This document shows, piece after piece, positions 17,554 through 28,786 of a DNA stretch of 64,000 bases. The notes beneath the pieces are model-generated. The model made no database searches. It saw nothing but the letters and a program-made list of their open reading frames with translations, and was not told where the DNA came from. A program made the position numbers and the translations under genes. Position 1 is the stretch's first letter; every line of letters starts with the position of its first letter. The stretch comes from Minisyncoccota bacterium (lineage in GTDB: Bacteria; Patescibacteriota; Minisyncoccia; Phycocordibacterales; UBA12079), in contig JAGLSI010000001.1 of the NCBI GenBank assembly GCA_023135835.1, forward strand, positions 2,400 to 66,399, given 5' to 3'.

Positions 17554-18822
17554 ATGAAATATAAAAAGAAAGTATTAAAAAATGGTTTAAGAATAGTTAC
17601 TGTGCCAATGCATGATAATAAAACAGTTACTGTTTTAGTTTTAGTAGAAGCCGGTTCAAAATATGAAGATAAAAAAGAAAATGGAATTTCTCACTTTTTA
17701 GAACATATGTGTTTTAAAGGAACTACTAAAAGACCTAATGCAGGTGATATTTCTTTAGAATTAGATAGATTAGGAGCTCAGTCTAACGCCTTTACTTCGC
17801 ATGAATTTACGGGTTATTATGCAAAAGTTCATGCTAAGAATGTGTACAAAGTAATAGATATTATTTCTGATATGTATTTAAGTCCTATTTTTGATGAAGG
17901 AGAAATTAAAAAAGAAAAAGGAGTGATTGTTGAAGAAATGAATATGTATGAAGATTTACCAATGAGAAAGGTTGGTTATTTGTTTATGGAGCTTCTTTAT
18001 AAAGATAACCCTGTAGGAAGAACTATATTAGGAGATAAAGATTTTATAAAAAAAGCAGAACAAAAAGATTTTATAGAATATAGAAATAAACATTATGTTG
18101 CTTCAGCTACAACTGTAATTGTTGCGGGTAATATAGATGAAAAAAGGGTTATAAAAGATATTGAAGATAAATTTGAAAAAATTAGTCATAGTAAAAAAGA
18201 GGGGAAAGAAAAAGTCAAAGAAATTCAAAAAAAACCAGAATTAAAAATTGAATATAAAAAATCTGATCAAAGCCATTTAATTTTAGGAGTGAGAGCTTTT
18301 GATTTTAGTAAAAAGGATAATTTAATCACTTCTGTTTTGTGTGGGGTTTTGGGTGCTGGGATGAGTTCTAGATTATTTAAAAAATTAAGAGAAGAAATGG
18401 GAGTTTGTTATTATGTGAAAGCAGAAAATGATTCTTATTCTGATCATGGATATTTAGGAGTATCTGCTGGAGTTGATAATAAAAGAATAAAAGAGGTGGT
18501 AGAGGTTGTTTTAGGAGAATTTAAAAAATTAAAAGATGAGTTGGTTTCAGAAAAAGAATTAAAAAAAGTGAAGGAAGCTATGATAAGTAGTTTAATTCTA
18601 GGGCTAGAGTCCTCTGACTCTTACTCTGAATATTATGGAATTCAAGAAGTTTTGAACAGACCTATTAATACTCCTCAAGAAAAAATCAAAAAAATAAAAG
18701 CTATTACGGCTAAGGATATAAAAAGAGTGGCTAATAAAATTTTTGTTAATGAAAGTCTGAATTTAGCTGTTATAGGGCCTATTAAAGATAAAAAACCTTT
18801 ACAAAAAATTCTTAAATTTTAA
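17554..18822 (+). CDS. M16 family zinc peptidase
   Basis: HFLEH, NAFTS, MSSRLF; ATG 17554 sits just after a TATAAT (ORF track starts at 17539). Confidence 0.93.
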   Translation: MKYKKKVLKNGLRIVTVPMHDNKTVTVLVLVEAGSKYEDKKENGISHFLEHMCFKGTTKRPNAGDISLELDRLGAQSNAFTSHEFTGYYAKVHAKNVYKVIDIISDMYLSPIFDEGEIKKEKGVIVEEMNMYEDLPMRKVGYLFMELLYKDNPVGRTILGDKDFIKKAEQKDFIEYRNKHYVASATTVIVAGNIDEKRVIKDIEDKFEKISHSKKEGKEKVKEIQKKPELKIEYKKSDQSHLILGVRAFDFSKKDNLITSVLCGVLGAGMSSRLFKKLREEMGVCYYVKAENDSYSDHGYLGVSAGVDNKRIKEVVEVVLGEFKKLKDELVSEKELKKVKEAMISSLILGLESSDSYSEYYGIQEVLNRPINTPQEKIKKIKAITAKDIKRVANKIFVNESLNLAVIGPIKDKKPLQKILKF

Positions 18823-18871
18823 CCACATCTTATTGTTCTACTTTTTAATATTTATATGGTAATATAAATAT

Positions 18872-19948
18872 ATGTTTAATAATGATTCTAAAAATGTAGT
18901 AGTAAATATTGGAACAGGAACGATAATTAAGACTCTGTTGTTTATTTTGTTATTTGTAGTTTTGTATTTTTTTAGAGATTTAGTTTTAATTATAATTACA
19001 GCAGTAGTCTTGGCTTCTTCAATAGAACCAATAACTAAGTGGTTGATGAGGTATAAAATTCCAAGAGTTTTGGCGGTTATTTTGATTTATATAGCCTTCT
19101 TTTCTTTTTGTATAGGAATCTTTGTTATATTTATGCCCGTTGTATTAGATGAAACCTTTTCATTTATTGGAATGTTGCCAGCTTATATAAATGCAATAGA
19201 ATCATGGAACCCTATTTCTCACAGTGGATTTTTGTCCCCGACAGCTTTAGAAGGGATATCTTCAGGCTTTTCTGTATCGGAAGTTGTGGTAGGTTTAAGA
19301 GAAATTATAACAAATACTTTTAGTAGTTTTTGGCAAACTATTAACCAAGTTTTTGGTGGTTTATTCTCTTTTATTTTAATTCTTGTTTTTTCATTTTATT
19401 TTGCTGTGCAAGAACTTGGAATTATTAATTTTTTGAAAATTATTACTCCTTTGAAACATGAAAGTTATATAATTGATCTTTGGAGGAGATCTCAACTAAA
19501 GATTGGTTTATGGATGCAAGGGCAATTATTATTAGCCCTATTGATTGGAGTTTTTGTATATTTAGGTTTGATGGTATTAGGAATTAAATATGCTTTGTTA
19601 TTAGCCCTATTATCTGCTTTTGCAGAACTAATTCCTTTATTTGGACCTATTTTAGCCGCTATCCCTGCAATTTTAATTGCTTTTGCTGATGGGGGAACCA
19701 CTATGGGATTAATGGTATTAGGTTTCTTTGTAATTATTCAACAATTTGAGAATCATTTAATTTATCCTTTAGTAGTTAAAAAGGTTGTGGGAGTACCTCC
19801 TTTAATGGTGATTATTGCTTTAATGGTTGGGGCTAAATTGGCAGGTTTCCTAGGTCTTTTAATCGCTGTTCCTATTGCAGCTATTTTGATGGAGTTTGTT
19901 AATGATATTGAAAAAAATAAAAAAAGACAATTAGCGGAAGAATCATAA
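18872..19948 (+). CDS. AI-2E family transporter (PerM-like)
   Basis: Multi-TM; LIPLFGP, QQFENHLIYP, GLLIAVP. Confidence 0.9.
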   Translation: MFNNDSKNVVVNIGTGTIIKTLLFILLFVVLYFFRDLVLIIITAVVLASSIEPITKWLMRYKIPRVLAVILIYIAFFSFCIGIFVIFMPVVLDETFSFIGMLPAYINAIESWNPISHSGFLSPTALEGISSGFSVSEVVVGLREIITNTFSSFWQTINQVFGGLFSFILILVFSFYFAVQELGIINFLKIITPLKHESYIIDLWRRSQLKIGLWMQGQLLLALLIGVFVYLGLMVLGIKYALLLALLSAFAELIPLFGPILAAIPAILIAFADGGTTMGLMVLGFFVIIQQFENHLIYPLVVKKVVGVPPLMVIIALMVGAKLAGFLGLLIAVPIAAILMEFVNDIEKNKKRQLAEES

Positions 19949-19981
19949 TCCATTAATTAGTAAATATTAAGAATAGCTATA

Positions 19982-21403
19982 ATGAAAGAAAGATTTTATA
20001 TTACAACTACTTTAGCCTATGTTAATGCTGACTTACATATTGGGCATGCAGCTGAATTTATTAGAGCAGATATTTTAGCTCGCTATAAAAAAGCGATGGG
20101 ATTTGATATTGTTTTAAATATAGGAACAGACGAGCATGGACAAAAAATATTAAACACAGCAAAGGAACAAGGTTTGGAAGTTCAGGAATTTGTTGATAAA
20201 CAAATAATTAAGTTTAAAGAGCAGGTTCAGGAGATGGATATAGATTATACTAATTGGGTTAGAACCACTGATGAGCATCATCAAAAATCAGCTCAAGAGT
20301 TTTGGAAAAGATGTGAAGTTAATGGAGATATTTATAAAAAGAATTATAAAACTAAGTATTGTGTTGGTTGTGAAGCAGAAAAAACAGATTCTGAATTAGT
20401 GAACGGAGAATGTCCTCTGCATCCAGGAAAAAAGATAGAAGAAAGAGAAGAAGAGAATTATTTTTTTAAATTTTCAAATTATCAGGAAAAACTTTTAGAT
20501 TTATATAAAAATAATCCTGATTTTATTATTCCTGGTTTTCGTCAAAATGAAATTTATAAATTTGTAGAAAGGGGATTGCAAGATTTTAGTATTTCTAGGT
20601 TAAAAGAAAAAATGCCTTGGGGGATAGCCGTTCCAGAAGATGATAAGCATGTAATGTATGTTTGGTTTGATGCTTTAGTAAATTATATTTCCACTATTGG
20701 TTGGCCTGATAATTTAGAAGAGTTTGAAAAATGGTGGCCAGTTTTTCAGGTAGCAGGAAAAGATAATTTAAGATTTCAGTCAGCTATGTGGCAGGCGATG
20801 TTGATGTCTGCTGGTTTAGAGCCTTCAAAACAAATTCACATTTTTGGATTTATAAACTCAGGTGGGCAGAAAATGAGTAAGAGTATTGGAAATGTTATTA
20901 ACCCTTCAGATATTATTGATGAATACGGAACTGATTCTTTGCGATATTATGTAGCAAGTCATTTGAGTATGTATGAAGATTCTGATATGACTACGGAAAA
21001 ATTCAAGGAAGTTTATAACGCTGATTTAGCTAACGGATTAGGTAATTTAGTTAGTAGAACTATGAAAATGGCTGAAACTTATCTTGATGAACCTATAAAG
21101 ATTAAGTCTTTTAAATTTTCAGATAATGCAAAAGAACTTATGGATAATTTTAAAATTAATAATTATATGGAATATATAAGAGATGCTATTTCCCATGCTG
21201 ATTTTTGGATTCAAGATAAAGAACCTTTTAAAGTAATAAAAACAAATCCAGAGTTAGCTAAAAAAGCTATAACTTATTCAGTGGAAAGGCTTTACGATAT
21301 TAGTAAGTTGCTTGAATTTATTATCCCAGAAACTGCTCAAAAAATTCAAGAATTAATTAAAGCAAATAAGTCTCCTGACGAACCTTTGTTTTTAAGAAAA
21401 TAA
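19982..21403 (+). CDS. metG: Methionine--tRNA ligase
   Basis: YVNADLHIGH, GTDEHGQK, YVWFDAL, KMSKS. Confidence 0.97.
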   Translation: MKERFYITTTLAYVNADLHIGHAAEFIRADILARYKKAMGFDIVLNIGTDEHGQKILNTAKEQGLEVQEFVDKQIIKFKEQVQEMDIDYTNWVRTTDEHHQKSAQEFWKRCEVNGDIYKKNYKTKYCVGCEAEKTDSELVNGECPLHPGKKIEEREEENYFFKFSNYQEKLLDLYKNNPDFIIPGFRQNEIYKFVERGLQDFSISRLKEKMPWGIAVPEDDKHVMYVWFDALVNYISTIGWPDNLEEFEKWWPVFQVAGKDNLRFQSAMWQAMLMSAGLEPSKQIHIFGFINSGGQKMSKSIGNVINPSDIIDEYGTDSLRYYVASHLSMYEDSDMTTEKFKEVYNADLANGLGNLVSRTMKMAETYLDEPIKIKSFKFSDNAKELMDNFKINNYMEYIRDAISHADFWIQDKEPFKVIKTNPELAKKAITYSVERLYDISKLLEFIIPETAQKIQELIKANKSPDEPLFLRK

Positions 21404-21409
21404 AAAAAT

Positions 21410-22213
21410 ATGTACGAATATATAGATACTCATGCTCATTTAGATATGGGAGATTATAATGAGGATAGAGAAGAATTAATAAAAAAACTTCAAGAGGAGC
21501 ACGTTGGTGTAATTACTATTGGGGTAAATAAAGAAACTTCTTTTGAAGCAGTTGACTTTGCTAATCAATATGAAAATATTTACGCTACTGTTGGTTGTCA
21601 TCCAATAGATGCTAAAGAAGAATTTAAAGAAGAGGATTTTGTAGAACTGGTGAAAAATAAAAAAGTAGTAGGAGTAGGGGAATGTGGTTTAGACTTTTTT
21701 AGAATAAAAGGAGACCACGCCTGTCGGCAGACAAGCTTTGAAACTGAATCTCAAAAACAAAAGGAGGATTTTAAAAAACAAATTGATTTTGCTGTAAAAA
21801 ATGACTTACCTATTGTGGTTCATTGTCGTGATGCTCATAAAGAAGTAATTGAAATTTTAGAAATTAAAAAACAAGAGTTTGGAGATAAATTAAGAGGAGT
21901 GATACATTTTTTTTCAGGAGGAATAAGTGAAGCTAAACAATATCTAGAATTAGGTTTTTATTTTTCTTTTGGAGGAGTTTTAACTTTTACTGATGCTTAT
22001 GATGAAGTTCTTAAGTTTATTCCTATTGATAGGGTTTTGCCTGAAACAGATGCTCCTTTTGTAGCTCCTGTTCCTTATAGAGGTCAAAGAAATGAACCAA
22101 TTTATGTAAAAGAAGTAGTAAAAAGAATTTCTGAATTAAAAAACATAAACTTAGAAGAAATGAAAGAGGTTCTTATAGAAAATACTTATAAATTATTTTC
22201 TAAAATATCTTGA
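21410..22213 (+). CDS. tatD: TatD family nuclease
   Basis: DTHAH, GECGLD, HCRDA, ETDAPF, RNEP. Confidence 0.95.
   Translation: MYEYIDTHAHLDMGDYNEDREELIKKLQEEHVGVITIGVNKETSFEAVDFANQYENIYATVGCHPIDAKEEFKEEDFVELVKNKKVVGVGECGLDFFRIKGDHACRQTSFETESQKQKEDFKKQIDFAVKNDLPIVVHCRDAHKEVIEILEIKKQEFGDKLRGVIHFFSGGISEAKQYLELGFYFSFGGVLTFTDAYDEVLKFIPIDRVLPETDAPFVAPVPYRGQRNEPIYVKEVVKRISELKNINLEEMKEVLIENTYKLFSKIS
21716..21735. repeat. Degenerate CCTGCC palindrome in frame inside tatD (HACRQTS)
   Basis: CACGCCTGTCGGCAGACAAG matches CCTGCCTGCCGGCAGGCAGG at 15 of 20 positions. Confidence 0.6.
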
Positions 22214-22334
22214 TTTTATCATTTAAAAAACTGTATTTTTTAATGTTTGCAATAAAGAATTAGCTATGATAATCTAACAGTAATTAGAAATCAATCTTTT
22301 AAAGATTTTTGATGTATTAATAGAAGTTAAGGAG

Positions 22335-22389
22335 GAGTAGTAAAAATATACATTTTTTCCAAATCTACCTACGGGTGGACTAACTACTC
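22335..22389 (+). promoter_or_regulatory. Structured leader upstream of rpsF (possible r-protein leader)
   Basis: GAGTAGT/ACTACTC outer stem with inner TCTACC-TACG-GGTGGA hairpin, 11 nt before ATG. Confidence 0.35.
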
Positions 22390-22400
22390 AAGAAATAATT

Positions 22401-22928
22401 ATGTCTGAAAAAGTAATTTATGAAATTGGGTATTTGGTAATTCCTAATGTTTCTGATGAAGAAGTTTTAACAGAGGTAGCTAATATTAAACTTATTTTAG
22501 AAAAAGAAGGAGCTACTTTTTTATCAGGTGATGAGCCAAAGCTTATTGATTTAGCTTATCCTGTTTCAAAGATATTTAACACAGAAAAACAGATTTTTGA
22601 GAAAGCTTATTTTGCTTGGATAAAATTTGAAGTAGAAGTAGATAAGTTGGTAAAAATTAAAGCAGAATTAGATAAATATGAAAATATTTTGAGATATCTT
22701 TTAATTAAAGCTCTTAAGGAAAGTGCTCTAATCTCCGATAACAAAAAACCTTCTTTTACAAAGAAAGATGAGATTATAGAAGAAAAACAAATTAAACCAG
22801 TAGAAATAATAAAAAAAGAAGATTCTTCTGAAACTGATATAAAAAAAGTAGAAGATGTTAACGACGCAGAGAAAGAGAAGAGTAAGGAAGAATTAGATGA
22901 AACAATTGATAATTTAATTATTAAATAA
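22401..22928 (+). CDS. rpsF: 30S ribosomal protein S6 with charged C-terminal tail
   Basis: YEIGYL, LAYPV, ILRYLLIK; rpsF-ssb-rpsR order. Confidence 0.9.
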   Translation: MSEKVIYEIGYLVIPNVSDEEVLTEVANIKLILEKEGATFLSGDEPKLIDLAYPVSKIFNTEKQIFEKAYFAWIKFEVEVDKLVKIKAELDKYENILRYLLIKALKESALISDNKKPSFTKKDEIIEEKQIKPVEIIKKEDSSETDIKKVEDVNDAEKEKSKEELDETIDNLIIK

Positions 22929-22934
22929 TAAGTA

Positions 22935-23055
22935 AGTCAAAAGTTCATAAAGTCCATAAAGTCTGTAACCTGCCTGCCGGCAGGCAGGAGTAAAAATCAC
23001 AAAGCGATTTTTATGAAAAAGACTTTCGACTTTCAACTTTATAGACTTTCAACTA
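22935..23055. repeat. AAAGT/ACTTT hairpin element with nested perfect CCTGCCTGCCGGCAGGCAGG (22969-22988)
   Basis: Same architecture as 4095, 49418 and 52506; a 20-bp GC-rich palindrome interrupts the left arm. Confidence 0.8.
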
Positions 23056-23060
23056 ATGTT

Positions 23061-23507
23061 ATGTATCTAAACAAAGCAATAATAATAGGGAATTTAACTA
23101 GAGACCCAGAATTAAAAGCTTTGCCTTCAGGAGGGCAGGTTGTTAATATGGGTGTAGCTACAAATAGAGTTTGGAAAGATAAAGAGGGAAACAAGCAAGA
23201 GTCAGTAGAGTTCCATAATATCGTAGTTTTTGGGAGACAAGCAGAGACATCTGCCCAATATCTTAAAAAAGGTTCTAGTGTATTAATAGAAGGAAGATTA
23301 CAAACTCAGAGTTGGGAAGCAGATGGAGTTAAAAAATATAGAACAGAGATTGTTGCTGACAGGGTACAGTTTGGTCCACGAAAAGATGGGGGAGCTCCTT
23401 CTTCTTCAGCTCAATCAGAACCTGTTAACAAAGGTGATGAAGCTCCAAAACCAGAAGGAATTGACTATCCTGCTGAAGAAATAAATCCTGAAGATATACC
23501 GTTCTAA
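23061..23507 (+). CDS. ssb: Single-stranded DNA-binding protein
   Basis: NKAIIIGNLTRDPE, EGRLQT, C-terminal EDIPF; real start 23061. Confidence 0.97.
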   Translation: MYLNKAIIIGNLTRDPELKALPSGGQVVNMGVATNRVWKDKEGNKQESVEFHNIVVFGRQAETSAQYLKKGSSVLIEGRLQTQSWEADGVKKYRTEIVADRVQFGPRKDGGAPSSSAQSEPVNKGDEAPKPEGIDYPAEEINPEDIPF

Positions 23508-23528
23508 TTTCTTTTAGGAAATTAGAAC

Positions 23529-23630
23529 TAGTTGAAAGTTCTTAAAGTCTATAAAGTTAAAAGTGAAAAAATTTGCAGAGCAAATTTTTATAACTCTTAA
23601 CTAAAATAAAAACTTTATAAACTTTTAACT
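23529..23630. repeat. AAAGT/ACTTT hairpin element between ssb and rpsR
   Basis: Inner AAAAATTTGC-AGA-GCAAATTTTT hairpin between repeat arms. Confidence 0.7.
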
Positions 23631-23727
23631 TTATATGCACTGCATATAATTCCTACACTCGGATTATATGAAAATTCATTTTCATAAATCCTCACTTGAA
23701 ATTATAAACTTTTAACTAATTAAAATT

Positions 23728-23934
23728 ATGAATAAACAACAATGTTTTTTCTCACAAAACAATATAGAACAGATAGACTATAAGGATCTAGAGGCTTTGA
23801 AAAAGTTTATCAATCCTCATGGAAGAATTTTATCTAAAAAGAGAACAGGTCTTTGTGCTAAGCATCAAAGGCAATTAGCTATAGCTATTAAAAGAGCTAG
23901 GTTTTTAGCCCTTTTACCTTTTACTTCTAGTTAA
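23728..23934 (+). CDS. rpsR: 30S ribosomal protein S18
   Basis: IDYKD, GRIL..RTG, HQRQLAIAIKRARFLALLPF. Confidence 0.97.
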   Translation: MNKQQCFFSQNNIEQIDYKDLEALKKFINPHGRILSKKRTGLCAKHQRQLAIAIKRARFLALLPFTSS

Positions 23935-23939
23935 AAACA

Positions 23940-23980
23940 AAAAATACCCTCAGCACCTTTAAGGTGTTGAGGGTATTTTT
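23940..23980 (+). terminator. Intrinsic terminator after rpsR
   Basis: AAAAATACCCTCAGCACC...GGTGTTGAGGGTATTTTT. Confidence 0.75.
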
Positions 23981-24132
23981 TGCTTTGCTTTTAGTCAGTT
24001 GTTTTAACCTTTTTTAGAAAATAAGCTTTAATATAGTTATTGAGAGAAGCTTTTTGATTTATATAGTCCAATCGATTGGACTATTTTTTGCATTTCTAGT
24101 GTTATAAATAAAACTTATAGGTTTTAAAGTTT

Positions 24133-24172
24133 AAAATTCCATCGGCTCATTAAAGTGAGCCGATGGAATTTT
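24133..24172 (-). terminator. Hairpin downstream of recA
   Basis: AAAATTCCATCGGCTCA...TGAGCCGATGGAATTTT. Confidence 0.65.
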
Positions 24173-24213
24173 CTTAAATTTAAATCTTAAAAAAATAAAA
24201 AAGTTAAACTTTT

Positions 24214-25266
24214 TTATTTTTTTATCTCCTCTCTAATTTTTTTTAAGATTTCGCCTGTTAGTTTTTTATCAGCTTTTAAGAATTGGCGAGTAGCATCATA
24301 ACCACGACCCAATTTCATATCACCATAGGAATAAGACGATCCTGCTTTTGATATTACTCCGTATAATTCTCCCATAGCAATTATTTCTCCTTCTCTAGAG
24401 ATTCCTTCATTGTAAATTAAATCAAACTCGGCCATTTTGAATGGGGGAGCCACTTTATTTTTTACTACCTTAACTCTTACTCGTCCACCAACAACATCAG
24501 TTCCTTTTTTAATCTGAGCAATTCTTCTAATATCTAACCTAATTGAGGTGTAAAATTTCAAAGCTTTTCCTCCAGGAGTAGTTTCAGGATTACCAAACAT
24601 TACTCCAATTTTCATTCGTATTTGGTTAATAAAAATAACTGTAGTTTTGCTTTTAGCTACAATGGCTGTAAGTTTTCTTAAGGCTTGAGACATTAGTCGT
24701 GCTTGTCGTCCAACATGATGAGCTCCCATATCTCCTTCAATTTCTGCCTGAGGGGTTAATGCGGCTACAGAGTCAATAACTATTACATCTACTTTTCCTG
24801 AACGAACTAAAGATTCTGTGATTTCTAAAGATTGTTCTCCTGTATTAGGTTGTGATACTAACAAATCATCAATTTTAACACCTAGGTTTTTTGCATAGAC
24901 TGGATCAATTGCGTGTTCGGCATCAATAAAGGCACATATTCCTCCTGATTTTTGTGCTTGGGCAATTATGTGAAGAGATAATGTTGTTTTCCCAGATGAC
25001 TCTGGTCCAAAAATTTCTATTATTCTTCCTCTTGGGATTCCTCCAATACCTAATGCTTCGTCTAGTCCGATTGAACCTGTTGATATAGCAGCTATATCAA
25101 CTTTAGGTGTTTCTCCTAAGCGTATAATAGAATCTTCTCCAAACTTTGTTCGGATTTGAGCTAACGTGTCTTTAACTCCTGAATTTTTCTTCTCTGTTTT
25201 TTCGGAATTAGATATTTTTTTTGTTTTATTAATAGCTTTTTTTGTAGCTTCTTTCTTTTTAGGCAT
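24214..25266 (-). CDS. recA: Recombinase RecA
   Basis: [39 protein letters not shown]. Confidence 0.99.
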   Translation of the reverse strand: MPKKKEATKKAINKTKKISNSEKTEKKNSGVKDTLAQIRTKFGEDSIIRLGETPKVDIAAISTGSIGLDEALGIGGIPRGRIIEIFGPESSGKTTLSLHIIAQAQKSGGICAFIDAEHAIDPVYAKNLGVKIDDLLVSQPNTGEQSLEITESLVRSGKVDVIVIDSVAALTPQAEIEGDMGAHHVGRQARLMSQALRKLTAIVAKSKTTVIFINQIRMKIGVMFGNPETTPGGKALKFYTSIRLDIRRIAQIKKGTDVVGGRVRVKVVKNKVAPPFKMAEFDLIYNEGISREGEIIAMGELYGVISKAGSSYSYGDMKLGRGYDATRQFLKADKKLTGEILKKIREEIKK

Positions 25267-25279
25267 TTTTTTTGTTTTA

Positions 25280-25633
25280 TTATGTTTTTAAATAAATTAA
25301 TTCTAGTTTCTTTTCAATCTCTCTTTGGTATTTATCTTTAGCAGATACCTTTATTATATTATATCCTGGAGATAAAAGTAATCTTTCGTTTAAATACCCG
25401 TTTTCATCAACAAAGGTTTGTCTGTTATTAATACTAATATATGAAATGTTTTCAGTATAACCTTTAATTGTAATTGAATTCGTTGTTAATAAAGAACCAT
25501 TCAAAGGAGCTTCTATTTCTAGGACAGGGCCTTTAATAAAACTTCTTGTTTGATAATAAGTATATACAACAGTTATAAGTAAAATAATTATAAAAAAATA
25601 AATTCCTATTTTGTTTTGATTATTTTTATTCAT
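25280..25633 (-). CDS. Membrane-anchored Ig-like domain protein
   Basis: N-terminal TM; [20 protein letters not shown]. Confidence 0.7.
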   Translation of the reverse strand: MNKNNQNKIGIYFFIIILLITVVYTYYQTRSFIKGPVLEIEAPLNGSLLTTNSITIKGYTENISYISINNRQTFVDENGYLNERLLLSPGYNIIKVSAKDKYQREIEKKLELIYLKT

Positions 25634-25645
25634 ATCAATTTGGTT

Positions 25646-27952
25646 CTAAATATTTCTCTCGGATGTATTTAAGTTTTCATTTTCTTTTTCTTCAGTTAAA
25701 TATCCTGATTCTACCGAATTGTTCCTATCTACTCCAGCTGTAGCTGTATCCTCTGAGGATTCTTCAGAATCACTTTTTAATAAGACTTCACGAGGTTTTG
25801 ACCCTTCTGCTGGCCCAACAATACCATTGTCTTCTAGCTCATCTATTATACGGGCTGCTCTAGCATAACCCACCTTTAATTTTCTTTGTAGATATGATGT
25901 AGAAGCTTTTCCGGCTTGCATTACTGTTTCTTTTGCATCTTCATATAATTCATCAGAATCTTCACTCCCAGAATCTAGAGATTCAAATAAAACATTTTTA
26001 TCTTTTTCTGCTGAACTAATATCTATTTCATAAGGGATTTCATTTTTATAAGCATCAGAAAGGAATGATGTTACCGCTTTTAGTTCTGGTTCAGAGATAA
26101 AAGCAGATTGAATTCTTGTTGGCTTAGACATGTCTCCTGATAAATAAAGCATGTCTCCAGCTCCTAACAATTTTTCAGCTCCTCCTGCATCTAAAATTGT
26201 TCGTGAATCTATCTGAGAAGCTACTTGTAGAGCTACTCTGGTAGGAATATTGGCTTTAATTAAACCTGTAATAACATTTACAGAAGGTCTTTGGGTAGAT
26301 AAGACTAAGTGGATTCCAATCGCACGGCTCATCTGAGCTAATCTTACAACCACAGCTTCTAACTCTCTTGGATAAGACTGCATAATATCTGCTAATTCAT
26401 CAATTACAATGACAATATAAGGCATTGCATCAGGTAATTCATCCTCAATGCCTTGTTTTTTCTTAGAGGCCTTTTCATATGCAGGTGCAACAATATTTTT
26501 ATGATAAGACTGAATATCTCTTACAGAGTGTGATTCTAAAATATCATAACGCCTATCCATTTCTTTTACTGCCCATTTAAGTGCTAGAATTGCTTTTTTA
26601 GCATCAGTAATTACAGGAGTTAGTAGGTGGGGGATAGTTTTATATTGAGTTAATTCTACTCTTTTAGGGTCAATCATTATGAATTTTAGATTATCAGGAG
26701 TAGTTTTATATAATAAAGAAGTAATTAATGTATGGATAGTTACAGATTTTCCAGCTCCAGTTGCTCCAGCGATTAACATATGAGGAGCTTTAGCTAGGTT
26801 TATGAAGTGAGCTTTTCCTGAAATATCTTTTCCTAAAGCAATTGTTAATAATTTATCACTGTTCTTAAATTCTTTTTGATTAAGAAGAGAAGCTAATCCT
26901 ACTAAGGTTTTTGTAGTATTTGGAATTTCAATTCCTACCAAAGACTTTCCTGGTATAGGAGCTTCAATTCTAAGTGGGTGGGCAGCTAAGGCTAATGATA
27001 AATCATTTTGTAGACCAACTATTTTTGCTAGCTTTATTCCTTCTGCTGGTTTAAGGGCGTATCTTGTTACTGATGGTCCTATAGAAATTTCGTCCATCTC
27101 AACATTGATTCCAAAGTTTTTTAAAGTTCTTTTAATAATATTTGAATTAGCTTTAATATCTCCGACTTCCGGTCTTCCTTTGTCTTTATTTAATAGAGAG
27201 GTAGGGGGGAGTAGATTTTTTCTACCAAAATATTCTAAAGCTTTTTGAGAAATGAAGTTTCCTCCAAAGAGCATATTATCCTCTAATTCTTCCTCGTCTT
27301 TTTTAGAAGTTTTTTTAATTGGATTTTGATTATTTGTTTTTGTGGTATTTTCTTCTACTTCTTTTTCCTCATCCTCCTCTTCAATAGTAGAAATCTTAAC
27401 AGACTCGTCTTCTTGGAAATCCTCTATATCCTTATTAAGGTTTCTCCAGAAAAGAAGTTTGTTTAGTTTAAGAGCTGTTTCAAAAATTATTAATAAAGAG
27501 ATTACCAATAACGCGCTTAAAATAATTAAGGTAACATAAATATCAAAAAGTTTTAATAAGGGAGGTAAAATTAATTTACCTACTAGCCCTCCGCTGGTTG
27601 GAGAAAATAATTCTATCAAACTTAAACTTGATAGAAAAAATAATAAAGAGCTAGTGGTTTTTAATGAAACAAATTTTAATTTTACTTCTTTAATAACTGA
27701 GTAGGTAAGTAGAAATAAAATAAAAGGGAGGAAAAAATAACCAACCCCAAAAAGTAAGCTAAATATTAAATAAGTTTTTTCGCCTGCTATTCCACCATAG
27801 CCTAATGCGGCCAAGACTAAAAAAATTGCAATTACGCTAGAAATTATAATTAATACTCCTTGTAGTGTTTCGTCTTTGAGTCTCTCTAAAAAACTTTCTT
27901 GATTTTCTGTATCAATACTTAATTGTTTTTTCTTTTTTGTTTTCTTTCCCAT
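25646..27952 (-). CDS. ftsK: DNA translocase FtsK/SpoIIIE
   Basis: N-terminal TM region, PHMLIAGATGAGKS, IDELAD, TQRPSV, gamma domain ASTSYLQRKLKVGYARAARI. Confidence 0.97.
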   Translation of the reverse strand: MGKKTKKKKQLSIDTENQESFLERLKDETLQGVLIIISSVIAIFLVLAALGYGGIAGEKTYLIFSLLFGVGYFFLPFILFLLTYSVIKEVKLKFVSLKTTSSLLFFLSSLSLIELFSPTSGGLVGKLILPPLLKLFDIYVTLIILSALLVISLLIIFETALKLNKLLFWRNLNKDIEDFQEDESVKISTIEEEDEEKEVEENTTKTNNQNPIKKTSKKDEEELEDNMLFGGNFISQKALEYFGRKNLLPPTSLLNKDKGRPEVGDIKANSNIIKRTLKNFGINVEMDEISIGPSVTRYALKPAEGIKLAKIVGLQNDLSLALAAHPLRIEAPIPGKSLVGIEIPNTTKTLVGLASLLNQKEFKNSDKLLTIALGKDISGKAHFINLAKAPHMLIAGATGAGKSVTIHTLITSLLYKTTPDNLKFIMIDPKRVELTQYKTIPHLLTPVITDAKKAILALKWAVKEMDRRYDILESHSVRDIQSYHKNIVAPAYEKASKKKQGIEDELPDAMPYIVIVIDELADIMQSYPRELEAVVVRLAQMSRAIGIHLVLSTQRPSVNVITGLIKANIPTRVALQVASQIDSRTILDAGGAEKLLGAGDMLYLSGDMSKPTRIQSAFISEPELKAVTSFLSDAYKNEIPYEIDISSAEKDKNVLFESLDSGSEDSDELYEDAKETVMQAGKASTSYLQRKLKVGYARAARIIDELEDNGIVGPAEGSKPREVLLKSDSEESSEDTATAGVDRNNSVESGYLTEEKENENLNTSERNI

Positions 27953-28083
27953 TTTAATTTATAAATTTATTAATAAGTTCCTTTAATTATAACATAAGAA
28001 TATAAGAACATTAAAAACATAAAACAAATAAAATGAAGTCCTTACCGGTTTGTTTTTCATACTCGTTTGTTTTAATGTCCTAA

Positions 28084-28786
28084 TTGTCTTTTATAAAAAG
28101 ACAATGTAAAAGACACAAATTATTTGCGTTTATTAATAAAAGACATATAATAGAAATATAAAAGACATGATTATGAATTCTTTAGAAAATATAAACAAAA
28201 GATATAGTGATGATTTATATTTAACTTTTTTAGCAAAGAAGGTAGAGAAGATAGTTTCTGCTTTATATTTAATCACTGATCCCTTAGATAAAAAAGAACC
28301 TCTTCGTTGGGATATAAGACAGGAAGGGCTTGTGCTTTTTTCTGATGTTACAAAATTAAATAACTGCTTAAGTTCAGATAAATCTGAGATATTTTTAAAT
28401 ATATCTTTTCGGTTTTTTAAAACTATGTCTTTGTTGGAATTAGCTGTTTTAACAAAATTATTATCAGAAGAAAATTTTAGTATTTTTGAAAGAGAGTTTA
28501 ATTTATTATTATCTATTATAGAAAATAATACTACTACGATTAATAAACAACTTTCTCCTTACCTAGATGGGGAGTACTTTAAACTAAAAGACAAAGCTTT
28601 TCGTTCTAAAGAGATACAAACCATATTAGGAACTATAAAGGACATAGATAAAGATAAAGGACAAAGTCCTTTAGAACCAAAGATGGTTAAAAAGGACATA
28701 GCTTCTAATAATGAAAAGAAGAACTTGCGTAGAGATAATATAATAAAAACACTGTCTAAAGGACAAAAACTAACTATAAAGGACAT
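28084..28786. repeat. Cluster of AAARGACA motifs upstream of and inside the 28167 gene
   Basis: Copies at 28085 (reverse), 28096, 28108, 28138, 28160, 28586, 28637, 28656, 28691, 28758, 28778. Confidence 0.65.

Noticed and set aside
23013-23060. N-terminal extensions of Ssb (from 23013) and S8 (from 52540) in the ORF track
   Set aside because: They are translations of the AAAGT/ACTTT hairpin element; conserved starts are at 23061 and 52612
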